64,000 nt of DNA from an uncultured bacterium (GTDB lineage: Bacteria > Hydrothermota > UBA3072 > B12-G15), in assembly GCA_965612735.1 (NCBI GenBank), contig CBFDSV010000005.1, forward strand, positions 866-64,865, in the 5' to 3' direction. The position numbers and the translations under genes are program-made. Positions 9,401-18,510 of this stretch are shown one piece after another. The notes beneath the pieces were generated by a model, which ran no database searches, was not told the DNA's origin, and was given only the letters and a program-made list of their open reading frames with translations. Within the stretch, counting starts at the first letter, position 1, and the number at the start of each line of letters is the position of its first letter.

Positions 9401-10186
9401 ATGGGGAAGAAACCAAAGGTTGGATTTTACGGACTAACAGGGTGTGCAGGAGACCTTCTGAACATAATCAATTGTGAGGATGAACTGGTTGAACTCTTTG
9501 ATATCTTTGAGATAAAATCATTTGTCATGGCCTCAAGTGTAAAGGACGAATCTGTCCATCTTGATATAGCGTTCGTTGAAGGCTCTGTATCCACTGAAAA
9601 AGACCTTGAAGACCTTAAAGAGATAAGGAAGAAATCAAATATGCTTGTTGCCATTGGTCACTGTGCAGCATTCGGGGGTGTTCAGGCCATGCACCTTGGC
9701 GATGGGAAGTGGAAGGAGAGATATAAAAAGGTATATGGTGGAGAAAAGGCAGTAACCCTTACAAAGCCAATGGAACCAAAGCCTCTATCCGCCTATGTGA
9801 AAGTGGACTATGTCATCCCGGGCTGCCCCATCTCAAAGGAGCAGTTCCTCCACGCAGCAGGAAGGCTCCTGCTCGGGACAGTGCCAAACCTCTACACCTT
9901 TGCTGTATGTGCTGAATGCAAATGGAAGGAAAATGAATGTCTTCTTATGAAAGGATTGCCTTGTCTTGGTCCCCTGACAAGAGGGGGATGTGGTGCAATC
10001 TGCCCGAGTTTTGGTGTCCCATGTATTGGATGCTGGGGGCCTGTTGACGAAGAAAACATAAGCAGTGAATTCAAACTACTTCTTGAAAAGGGTTACGACA
10101 AAGAGGAGATCATAAGGAGATTCAGAATATTTGGTGGGAGTGAAAGGGCTAAAAAACTGAAGAAACTCCTGGGGGTGAAGAAATGA
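9401..10186 (+). CDS. hydD: [NiFe]-hydrogenase small (delta) subunit, cytoplasmic type with no Tat signal.
   Basis: 261 aa with conserved Cys ligand pattern (GCAGD, GHCAAFGG, GCPIS, CAECKWKENECLLMKGLPCLGPLTRGGCGAICP). Overlaps hydA by 4 nt. Confidence 0.8.
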   Translation: MGKKPKVGFYGLTGCAGDLLNIINCEDELVELFDIFEIKSFVMASSVKDESVHLDIAFVEGSVSTEKDLEDLKEIRKKSNMLVAIGHCAAFGGVQAMHLGDGKWKERYKKVYGGEKAVTLTKPMEPKPLSAYVKVDYVIPGCPISKEQFLHAAGRLLLGTVPNLYTFAVCAECKWKENECLLMKGLPCLGPLTRGGCGAICPSFGVPCIGCWGPVDEENISSEFKLLLEKGYDKEEIIRRFRIFGGSERAKKLKKLLGVKK

Positions 10187-11469
10187 AGAAGGTGAATATT
10201 GAACCAATAGCAAGGGTAGAAGGGCATGGAGGCATAAGGGTTGAGGTTGAGAAGAACAAGATTAAGAAGATCACGGTTGATATATATGAGGGTCCAAGGC
10301 TGATTGAACAGATGGTGGTGGGGAAAACCCCTGAAGAGGATGTATCCATCACCTCAAGGATATGTGCAATCTGTTTTGCATCCCACAGGCTTGCCGCTAT
10401 CACAGGGCTTGAAAAGGCACTGGGTATAAAGGTCTCAAAAAAGACGGAACTCCTCAGAGAACTTGCCCACTTTGGAGAGATGATAGAAAGCCACTCACTC
10501 CACTATTACCTGCTTGCGCTCCCTGACCTGGTTGGATATCCTGATGCAATTTCCATGGTGAACAAGTATCCCGATGATGTTGTTGGTGGTCTTGAATTAA
10601 AAAAGTTCGGGAACAGGGTGATGGAGATAATTGCAGGGAGAAGGATACATGGGGAAAACATGCGGATTGGTGGATTTGGTAAAATACCCTCAGATGAAGA
10701 ACTCAACTGGATAAAGAGAAGGGCATCAGAACTCATTCCCATTATTGAGAGTGGGCTTGAACTATGGGGAAAACTGGAGATACCCGACTACATGGAAGAA
10801 GAGACAAACTTTGTCTGTATGGAACCAGGTAATAATCAGTTTGGATTCTCTGGAACTGAGATAATGGTTTCAGATGGTACAAAGGTTGATGTTGAGGAAT
10901 ATAAGAAAATCACCAATGAGAGGGTTGTTGAACACTCCTTTGCAAAAAGGTGCAGATATAAGGGAAAACCCTACACTGTTGGTGCAATTGCAAGGATAAT
11001 AAATCTTGGGGACAGGATAAAGACACCCATAGCAAGGGACTATCTTGACAGATACTACGATGAGAAAAAGTGGAAGAGAAATCCCATATACAACAATGTG
11101 GCACAGGCAATAGAACTCTTGTGGTGTCTTGAAAAAATCCCTGGATTGGTTGATGAGATAAAAAAGGCAGAATACAAACCTGTGAAAGCAAAGAGGGAAG
11201 ATGGAACAGGAACAGGTGGTGTTGAAGCTCCAAGGGGAACCCTTTTTCACAGTTACAAAATCAAAAATGGGCTTGTTGCAGAGGCAAACTTCATAGCACC
11301 AACCACCCAGAACCTTGATGAGATGGAGAAATACATGATGAATGCTGCAAAAAATCTCCTCAACCAGGGCAGGGAAGATATTGAACTACCGCTTGAGATC
11401 ATAGTCAGGGCGTTTGACCCATGCATAAGTTGTAGTGCCCACCTTGTAAGGGTGGTTAAAAAAGGCTGA
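10183..11469 (+). CDS. hydA: [NiFe]-hydrogenase large (alpha) catalytic subunit, group 3-type.
   Basis: N-terminal RVEGHGG and RICAICFASH (L1 Ni-binding Cys pair). C-terminal DPCISCSAH (DPCxxCxxH) Ni-Fe ligand motif. Confidence 0.9.
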   Translation: MKKVNIEPIARVEGHGGIRVEVEKNKIKKITVDIYEGPRLIEQMVVGKTPEEDVSITSRICAICFASHRLAAITGLEKALGIKVSKKTELLRELAHFGEMIESHSLHYYLLALPDLVGYPDAISMVNKYPDDVVGGLELKKFGNRVMEIIAGRRIHGENMRIGGFGKIPSDEELNWIKRRASELIPIIESGLELWGKLEIPDYMEEETNFVCMEPGNNQFGFSGTEIMVSDGTKVDVEEYKKITNERVVEHSFAKRCRYKGKPYTVGAIARIINLGDRIKTPIARDYLDRYYDEKKWKRNPIYNNVAQAIELLWCLEKIPGLVDEIKKAEYKPVKAKREDGTGTGGVEAPRGTLFHSYKIKNGLVAEANFIAPTTQNLDEMEKYMMNAAKNLLNQGREDIELPLEIIVRAFDPCISCSAHLVRVVKKG

Positions 11470-11473
11470 CACT

Positions 11474-11506
11474 AAAGGGGGTTCAACACCCCCTTTTTGT
11501 TTTTAT
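11474..11506 (+). terminator. Rho-independent terminator after hydA.
   Basis: AAGGGGGT-tcaac-ACCCCCTT hairpin followed by TTTTGTTTTTATT. Confidence 0.7.
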
Positions 11507-11576
11507 TCTGACACCTTGCAATGGTTAATATTAAGAGTAAATTATATTCCTGAACAACCTTAAAAAGGAGGTAAGA

Positions 11577-12920
11577 ATGAAGGAATATGATGTTGTTATA
11601 GTGGGTGGTGGTCCAGCAGGGCTCACCACTGGAATTTCGGCAAGGAACACCTATCCTGACAAAAAAATAGCACTCATCAGGAAGGAAGAGATTGCCATGA
11701 TTCCATGCGGAATTCCCTACACAATCCACACACTTGAAAAGGTTGAAGATGACATACTTCCAGATGCACCAATCAACAAAAACAACATTGACCTGATTAT
11801 TGACAGGGTTGTGAATGCCAGTGACCACAGTCTTGAACTCGCTTCCGGTGAAAAGATAACATTCAGAAAACTTGTTATTGCCACAGGTTCAGTCCCCTTT
11901 ACCCCTCCCATACCAGGCATTGATAAGAAGAATGTATGGTTTGTTAAGAAGGAGAAAAACTACCTTGAGAAGATGAAAAAGGGGCTGAATGAGGCAGGAA
12001 CTGTTATCATTATAGGTGGTGGATTTATCGGGATTGAGGTGGCAGATGAACTTCTCAAAGCAGGAAAAAAGGTTTATGTGATTGAAAAACTTCCATCCCT
12101 CCTTCCACTTGCAATGGACAGAGAATTCGGTGATATGGCAAAAGAGGTTCTCACTTCTCTGGGTGCAGAAGTCCTTACAGGGGTTACTGTTAAGGAGATA
12201 ACAGGTGCAGAATCTGTTGATGGTGTCCTGCTTGACAATGATAAAAAAATCGCCGGAGATGCAATTGTTATTGCTGCTGGCTACAGACCAAACCTTGAAC
12301 TTGCAAAAGATTTAGAACTGAAGATAGAAGAAAGATATGGAATAGTTGTGGATGAATATCTGAGAACAAGCAGGGAGGATATTTTTGCAGTTGGTGATTG
12401 TGCAGTAAAGAGATGCTGCTTCACAGGAGAATATTCTAAAATCATGCTTGCTTCAACTGCAATGGCTCAGGGAAGGCTTGCAGGCTCAAATCTCTTTGAA
12501 ATAAAGGTAATAAAGGGATTCCTTGGAACACTTGGAACATTCTCCACAAAGATTGGAAACACTGCATTTGGTGTTTCAGGCCTTACAGAGGAACAGGTAA
12601 AGAGAATTGGCATTGATTATGTGGTGGGAATCAACGAAACCGTTGACAGACATCCCGGGAAACTACCGGGTGCCTCAAAGATTTACACAAAACTCATATA
12701 CTCAAAATACTCTCACATCCTGCTGGGAGCACAGGTAAAGGGTGGAGACTCTGTTGGTGAACTTGTGAACATGTATTCAGTCATAATCCAGAACAGGATG
12801 ACGGATATGGAAATTGATACACTCCAGATAGGAACACATCCCCTCCTCACATCCTCACCAATAGCATACCCGGTTATAAATGCAACTGTAAATGCCATCC
12901 TGAAATGGTATAAAGGGTAA
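11577..12920 (+). CDS. FAD-dependent pyridine nucleotide-disulfide oxidoreductase of the NADH oxidase / CoA-disulfide reductase (possibly NSR-like) family.
   Basis: N-terminal VVIVGGGPAGLT dinucleotide fold. Single redox Cys in AMIPCGIPY (the CoADR/Nox SxxxCGxPY active-site context). A second GGGFIGIE NAD fold. 447 aa. Confidence 0.75.
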   Translation: MKEYDVVIVGGGPAGLTTGISARNTYPDKKIALIRKEEIAMIPCGIPYTIHTLEKVEDDILPDAPINKNNIDLIIDRVVNASDHSLELASGEKITFRKLVIATGSVPFTPPIPGIDKKNVWFVKKEKNYLEKMKKGLNEAGTVIIIGGGFIGIEVADELLKAGKKVYVIEKLPSLLPLAMDREFGDMAKEVLTSLGAEVLTGVTVKEITGAESVDGVLLDNDKKIAGDAIVIAAGYRPNLELAKDLELKIEERYGIVVDEYLRTSREDIFAVGDCAVKRCCFTGEYSKIMLASTAMAQGRLAGSNLFEIKVIKGFLGTLGTFSTKIGNTAFGVSGLTEEQVKRIGIDYVVGINETVDRHPGKLPGASKIYTKLIYSKYSHILLGAQVKGGDSVGELVNMYSVIIQNRMTDMEIDTLQIGTHPLLTSSPIAYPVINATVNAILKWYKG

Positions 12921-12922
12921 AT

Positions 12923-12950
12923 AAAGGGGGGCTCCGCCCCCCTTATTTCG
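12923..12950 (+). terminator. Rho-independent terminator.
   Basis: GGGGGGC-tcc-GCCCCCC hairpin followed by TTATTT. Confidence 0.7.
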
Positions 12951-13177
12951 CCAATTCCTCCTGAAACAAGAAGTAAAGAAGCGGAAAAGTTATGGATATT
13001 GTTGTACAAAATTAAGAAGCGGGGAAGAATTGTATTAGTTCTTACAATAGAGCCACCAACAACTAAAAAAGAGGGAAATTGCAACTTTGCATAGGAACAT
13101 AGGTCCAATTCATCAATTTACATTATGGAACAAAGACGGACATATAATTCTCAAATTATCCTGTTCCTGAATAATAC

Positions 13178-13206
13178 TTGACAAAATTTGAACAAGAAAT
13201 TATGAT
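13178..13206 (+). promoter_or_regulatory. Sigma70-like promoter: TTGACA, 17 nt spacer, TATGAT.
   Basis: Consensus -35 and near-consensus -10 in a 370-bp AT-rich intergenic region, about 80 nt upstream of the ATG at 13290. Confidence 0.55.
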
Positions 13207-13289
13207 TAAATTAATATACAAGGTTCGTTCACTTCAGGAGTAGAGTATGTATATAAAATTAAATTATTAACCACTACACAGGAGGGGTT

Positions 13290-15098
13290 ATGAGAAGGTT
13301 TTCAGTGATTTTGGTCTTTTGTTCATTCCTTGTTTTTGGTGCTGTGGATTATCCAGAACAGTTGATGGCTGAAAATCATTATGAAGACTCTGGCAGTGTC
13401 AAGGGTGACTCCCTCAATGTGAGATTTGTTGGCAACTGGCCGTTTGGCCTTTCCTATGCAGTAGCATACGATTCTTTAAGAAGCCTTGCATTTTGTGGTT
13501 CTGGTGGAGGTGTATATATCCTGAATGTATCAGACCCTTCATCTCCTGTTAAGGTATCAGAGGGAATCCACACCAGAAGTCTTGTGTATGGTTTATTTTA
13601 TGATGCTTCTTCAGAGAGGGTCTATATTGCGGATGGTGATGCTGGGCTTGAGATATGGGATGTATCCACACCTTCATCACCTGTAAAACTGGGCTTTTAT
13701 GATACACCTGATCAGGCTCATGGTGTTGCAGTTTCAGGCACGTATGTATATGTCGCGGATGGAGGTTCTGGGCTCCGTGTGATAGATATATCCGACCCTT
13801 CAAATCCTATTGAAGTGGGCTATTATGATACACCTGGTTATGCACGGGGTGTTGCAGTTTCAGGCTCTTATGTATATGTTGCGGATGGCAGTTCTGGGCT
13901 CCGTGTGATAGATATATCCACACCATCAAATCCTTCTGAGGTGGGGTATTATGATACACCTGATTATGCTTATTGTGTTGCATTATCAGGTTCTTATGCA
14001 TATGTTGCAGATGATGATTCAGGACTTTGTGTGATAGATATATCAGACCCATTAAATCCTTCTTTGAAAGGCTCTTATGATACACCTGATCAGGCTCATG
14101 GTGTTGCAGTTTCAGGCACGTATGTATATGTCGCGGATGGAGGTTCTGGGTTCCGTGTGATAGATATATCAGACCCTTCAAACCCTGTTGAAGTGGGCTA
14201 TTATAATACACCTGATGATGCTCATGGTGTTGCAGTTTCAGACTCTTATGCATATGTTGTAGATGGTTGGGATGGTCTTCGTGTTATAGATATATCCGAC
14301 CCATCAAATCCTACAGGAGTGGGCTATTATGTTCCACCTGGTTATGCTTGGGGTGTTGCAGTTTCAGGCTCTTATGTATATGTCGCGGATGGAGGCTCTG
14401 GGCTCCGTGTGATAGATATATCCGACCCTTCAAACCCTGTTGAAGTAGGCTATTATGATACACCTGGTTATGCTTATGATGTTGCATTATCAGGTTCTTA
14501 TGCATATGTTGCAGATGATAATGCTGGGCTCAGTGTTATAGATATATCCGACCCATCAAATCCTAGACGAGTGGGCTATTATTTTACACCTGGTTATGCT
14601 AGGGGTGTTGCAGTTTCGGACTCTTATGCATATGTCGCGGATGGCAGTTCTGGGCTCCGTGTGATAGATATATCCGACCCTTCAAATCCTTTTGAAGTGG
14701 GCTATTATGATACACCTTATTCGGGTAATAATGTTGCAGTTTCAGGCGCTTATGCATATGTTGCAGATGGCCGTAGCGGGCTCCAGATTTATGAAAATCT
14801 CCTTTTTGGTATTGGTGATTCTCAGGATGAGATTTCTCTTCCTGTTTTCCGACTCTCACAGAATCCAGTTGTTTGTGATTATATAGAAATTGAATTGAGT
14901 GTTGAACAAAAGGATGGGTATGATTTAAACCTCTATAATCTTCTCGGGCAGAAGGTAAAAACCTTTACCATAAGTGGCCTATCTGCTGGCAAGCATAAGA
15001 TAAGACTGGAAACAAAAGGTCTAACAGGTGGTGTGTATTTTCTGAGAATGGGAGATAAAGAGAGTCAACAGTGTGTTAAGGTTACAATTATGAAATGA
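13290..15098 (+). CDS. Secreted LVIVD-repeat protein (about 11 tandem 40-aa repeats) with a T9SS C-terminal sorting domain.
   Basis: Signal peptide. Repeats of the form [42 protein letters not shown] (LVIVD/PF08309-like). C-terminal [21 protein letters not shown]. Nucleotide repeat units of about 120 bp, several nearly identical. Confidence 0.7.
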   Translation: [602 protein letters not shown]

Positions 15099-15237
15099 GC
15101 GGTTAAAAGACTTGCTCAATTTTATAAAAGGTGTCATTCTTACCCTGATATCTGCTGGGAGTTTATACAGGGCTGGAGAAAATGCCCCTGACTTTAGCAA
15201 CATTTGCCTTCTTATTTAATAGTTTACTGTAAAACTA

Positions 15238-15265
15238 TTGACTTAAACGGGAATTGTGGTAAATA
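15238..15265 (+). promoter_or_regulatory. Sigma70-like promoter for proS: TTGACT, 16 nt spacer, TAAATA.
   Basis: Located 11-38 nt upstream of the proS ATG. The leader is short. Confidence 0.45.
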
Positions 15266-15275
15266 TTAAATCACT

Positions 15276-16994
15276 ATGAACTGGAGCAAGGCACTGATAC
15301 CCACCCTGAAGGAAGTTCCCAGGGAGGCGGTGAATAAAAGTCACATACTCCTTTTGAGGGGAGGATTCATAAGGGCCCTGACAAGTGGAGTGTATTCCTA
15401 TCTCCCACTTGGGTGGCGTGTTCTCAAAAAAATAATGAATATTGTGCGTGAAGAAATGGACAGGATTGGTGCACAGGAAGTCCTCCTTCCTGCACTCACA
15501 CCTTCCTCTATATGGGAAGAGACTGGAAGGTGGGATGAGTTTGGGGGAGAGATGTTCAGGCTCAAGGACAGAAAGGGAAGGGATTACGCACTCGCTCCAA
15601 CACATGAGGAGATTATGACTGAACTTGCAAGGAAACATATAAAATCCTACAGAGACCTCCCACAGATATGGTATCAGATACAGATTAAATACAGGGATGA
15701 GATAAGACCCCGTGGGGCAGTACTGAGGGCAAGGACATTCATAATGAAGGACTCCTACTCCTTTGATATAGACGAAGATGGGCTTGAAAAAAGTTATGCT
15801 CTTCACTACGATGCATACACAAGGATATTTGAAAGGGCATGGCTTAAGACCACGGTTGTCTCTGCATCAAGTGGACTTATGGGTGGGTCTGAATCCCATG
15901 AATTTATGGTTCTGTCTGATGCTGGAGAGGACGTGATAGTAAAGTGCCCGAAATGTGGATACTCTGCCAATTTAGAAGTGGCAAACCTCATTCCTTCACC
16001 GGTTGACTTTCCTTCAGGTGAACTGAAAAAGGTTCATACACCTGTTGGTGGAAGTGTCCGTGAAATATCAGAATTCCTCTCTGTGCCAGAACATCTTCTC
16101 ATGAAAAGCCTTTTATACATGGATGAGAACGGTTCTCCCTTCTTTGTGGTGATCAGGGGAGACTATGATGTTAATGAGGAACTCCTCTTCAAAAAATTCG
16201 GGAATGTCAGGCAGGCTGAACCTGATGAGATAAAAAACCTTACAGGTGCCTCTGCTGGATACATAAGCCCCATTGGCCTTGACATCCCTGTTTATGCAGA
16301 CAGAAGCCTTGAAAAGGGAAAAGGGCTTGTGAGTGGTGCAAATGAGGACTTCTACCACTATACAGGGATTGATATTGAGAGAGACCTGAAGATAAAAGAG
16401 TTTGTTGACATAAGAACACCACATGAAGGAGACCTCTGTCCCGAATGCAGAAGCAAGGTTGAAATCAAGAATGCAATTGAACTTGGTCATATATTCAAAC
16501 TTGGAACAAAGTATTCAAAGGCAATGGGTGCAACATTCACAGATGCGAATGGAAAATCAAAACCCATTGTTATGGGAAGTTACGGTATTGGTATTGAAAG
16601 GATTATGGCAACAGCAATTGAACTCTACAATGATGAAAATGGTATAATCTGGCCAGACCCAATCGCCCCATTTGATGTGCTTGTAATACCTCTTGACATT
16701 CGGGATTCAAAAGCCCTTGAAATATCCAGAAAAATGGTTAATATACTTGAGGAAACTCACGACGTCCTCTTTGATGACAGAGATGTAGGACCAGGGTTTA
16801 AGTTTAAGGACGCTGACCTTATTGGTATTCCAGTAAGGGTGGTTGTTGGTCCAAGGGGTCTCAAGGAAGGAAAGGTGGAGGTATCAAGAAGGGATGGGAG
16901 TGAAAAAATCATGATTGAACCTGATAGGGTTCAGGAGGTTGTTGAAAAACTATGGAAGAATGGGAAAGAATTAAGGAAGAAGTCAGGAGAATAG
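15276..16994 (+). CDS. proS: Proline--tRNA ligase (bacterial type with an inserted editing domain).
   Basis: 572 aa. Class II aaRS motifs, a YSFD motif region, and a C-terminal anticodon-binding domain collinear with ProS. Confidence 0.92.
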   Translation: MNWSKALIPTLKEVPREAVNKSHILLLRGGFIRALTSGVYSYLPLGWRVLKKIMNIVREEMDRIGAQEVLLPALTPSSIWEETGRWDEFGGEMFRLKDRKGRDYALAPTHEEIMTELARKHIKSYRDLPQIWYQIQIKYRDEIRPRGAVLRARTFIMKDSYSFDIDEDGLEKSYALHYDAYTRIFERAWLKTTVVSASSGLMGGSESHEFMVLSDAGEDVIVKCPKCGYSANLEVANLIPSPVDFPSGELKKVHTPVGGSVREISEFLSVPEHLLMKSLLYMDENGSPFFVVIRGDYDVNEELLFKKFGNVRQAEPDEIKNLTGASAGYISPIGLDIPVYADRSLEKGKGLVSGANEDFYHYTGIDIERDLKIKEFVDIRTPHEGDLCPECRSKVEIKNAIELGHIFKLGTKYSKAMGATFTDANGKSKPIVMGSYGIGIERIMATAIELYNDENGIIWPDPIAPFDVLVIPLDIRDSKALEISRKMVNILEETHDVLFDDRDVGPGFKFKDADLIGIPVRVVVGPRGLKEGKVEVSRRDGSEKIMIEPDRVQEVVEKLWKNGKELRKKSGE

Positions 16995-17236
16995 TCCTTG
17001 AGACACTCAGGGTTTTTGAAGCAGATGAGATTCAACTCTTTGACCTTGAACTCAAAGGGCCTGGTAGAACCATATTAAGGGTTTTCATTGATAAACCCGG
17101 TGGTGTGACCATTGACGATTGTGTGAAGGTATCAAAGGAACTCTCAACAAGGCTTGATGTAGAGGACCCGATACCTGGACGTTACACACTTGAGGTTTCT
17201 TCACCTGGAATAGACAGGAAGAGGAGGGAGACGTGA
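16952..17236 (+). CDS. rimP: Ribosome maturation factor RimP, N-terminal domain only (94 aa).
   Basis: DUF150/RimP N-domain pattern ([36 protein letters not shown]). Lies directly upstream of nusA with a 4-nt overlap. Lacks the usual C-terminal Sm-like domain. Confidence 0.6.
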   Translation: MEEWERIKEEVRRIVLETLRVFEADEIQLFDLELKGPGRTILRVFIDKPGGVTIDDCVKVSKELSTRLDVEDPIPGRYTLEVSSPGIDRKRRET

Positions 17237-18510
17237 TAAATAAACAGGTCGTTGAAATGCTTACAGAACTTGCAAAGGAGAGGGGGCTTGAAAAGAGTGT
17301 GGTGATTGAGACACTCAAAGAATCCATCATTGCAGCAGCAAAAAAGAAAATGAATATACCAGAAGGGTGGGTGTGTGAAGTTTCAGAGGCCTCTGGTGAA
17401 ATCAGACTGTTCCTTGAAAAAGAGGTTGTTAAGAAGGTTGAGAATCCAGATGTCCAGATTTCACTTGAAGAGGCAAAGGAATTGAGACCCGGTGTAAAAC
17501 CAGGGGAAAAAATCTATGTTGAGATACCCATTCTGGAAACATTTGGAAGAAATGCAATAAACCTTGTGAGAAACAGCCTCATCCAGAAGATGAAGGAGAA
17601 TGAAAAACAGTTAATCTATAAGAAGTATGTTGCAAAGATTGGGGAACTCGTCTCTGGAACTGTGGCAACTGCATATTCTGCTGGTGCTTACATTAAACTT
17701 GCTGAGATTGAGGCATTCATTGATAAAGAGGACCAGATACCTGGTGAGGTGTTGAGAAGAGGCCAGACATTGAAGGCAGTGGTGAAGGAGGTTGAGGAAA
17801 AACCCAAAGATAAGACAAAGGTAAGGCTCAAAGGACCTGTTATATACCTGACAAGGGTCACCGAGACATTCATAAGGAAACTCTTTGAGTTTGAGATACC
17901 TGAAATACTGAAAGGTGAGGTTGAGATAAAAAAGATTGCAAGGAGACCAGGTGTAAGGTGCAAGATAGCGGTGTTCTCCTCCAATGAAAAGATTGACCCT
18001 GTTGGTGCATGTGTTGGTCCAAGGGGTGCAAGGATTCAGGGTATTGTGAAGGAGATGAGCGGAGAAAAAATTGATATCATTGCCTGGTCTTCAGACCCAA
18101 AAATCCTTGTGGGAAGGGCATTATCACCAGCAAAGGTAACAAAGGTGGTGATGAAGAAGTCAGGCGATAAGGCAACGTGCGTTGTTCCAGATGACCAGGT
18201 AACCCTTGCCATTGGGAAGGACAGCATAAATGTTGAACTTGCAAAGGAACTTGTTGGTATAGATATAGAGATAAAAGGCCAGACAGAATACCATAAAGAG
18301 GAAGAGGAAAAGAGAAGGGTAAAAATCAAGGTGGAAAACCTTGACCTTCCAAAGAGGATAAAGGAAATACTGAAAAAACACGGATATAAGAATGCAAAGG
18401 ATATAATGACTGCCACAGCAGAGGACCTTCTTAAATTACCAGGCATTGGTAAAAAGGCAGTTGATAAAATCTATACTGCGGTGCACAAGGCACTCAATCT
18501 GGGAGAGTAA
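17233..18510 (+). CDS. nusA: Transcription termination/antitermination factor NusA.
   Basis: N-terminal NusA domain, S1 and tandem KH regions, and a C-terminal HhH ([15 protein letters not shown]). In the conserved rimP-nusA-infB-rbfA context. Confidence 0.9.
   Translation: MINKQVVEMLTELAKERGLEKSVVIETLKESIIAAAKKKMNIPEGWVCEVSEASGEIRLFLEKEVVKKVENPDVQISLEEAKELRPGVKPGEKIYVEIPILETFGRNAINLVRNSLIQKMKENEKQLIYKKYVAKIGELVSGTVATAYSAGAYIKLAEIEAFIDKEDQIPGEVLRRGQTLKAVVKEVEEKPKDKTKVRLKGPVIYLTRVTETFIRKLFEFEIPEILKGEVEIKKIARRPGVRCKIAVFSSNEKIDPVGACVGPRGARIQGIVKEMSGEKIDIIAWSSDPKILVGRALSPAKVTKVVMKKSGDKATCVVPDDQVTLAIGKDSINVELAKELVGIDIEIKGQTEYHKEEEEKRRVKIKVENLDLPKRIKEILKKHGYKNAKDIMTATAEDLLKLPGIGKKAVDKIYTAVHKALNLGE

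Noticed and set aside
13540-14790. Possible CRISPR-like array because of regularly spaced near-identical repeats.
   Set aside because: The repeat unit is about 120 bp with no unique spacers. It is in frame within a long ORF encoding a coherent LVIVD repeat protein with a signal peptide and T9SS CTD.
13549-14859. Series of minus-strand ORFs (84-148 aa) rich in His/Gln/Asn with internal repeats (…LKLQHHEPDQVYH…).
   Set aside because: They are the antisense reading of the LVIVD tandem-repeat gene. Their periodicity simply mirrors the 120-bp coding repeats on the + strand. No independent start or RBS signals.
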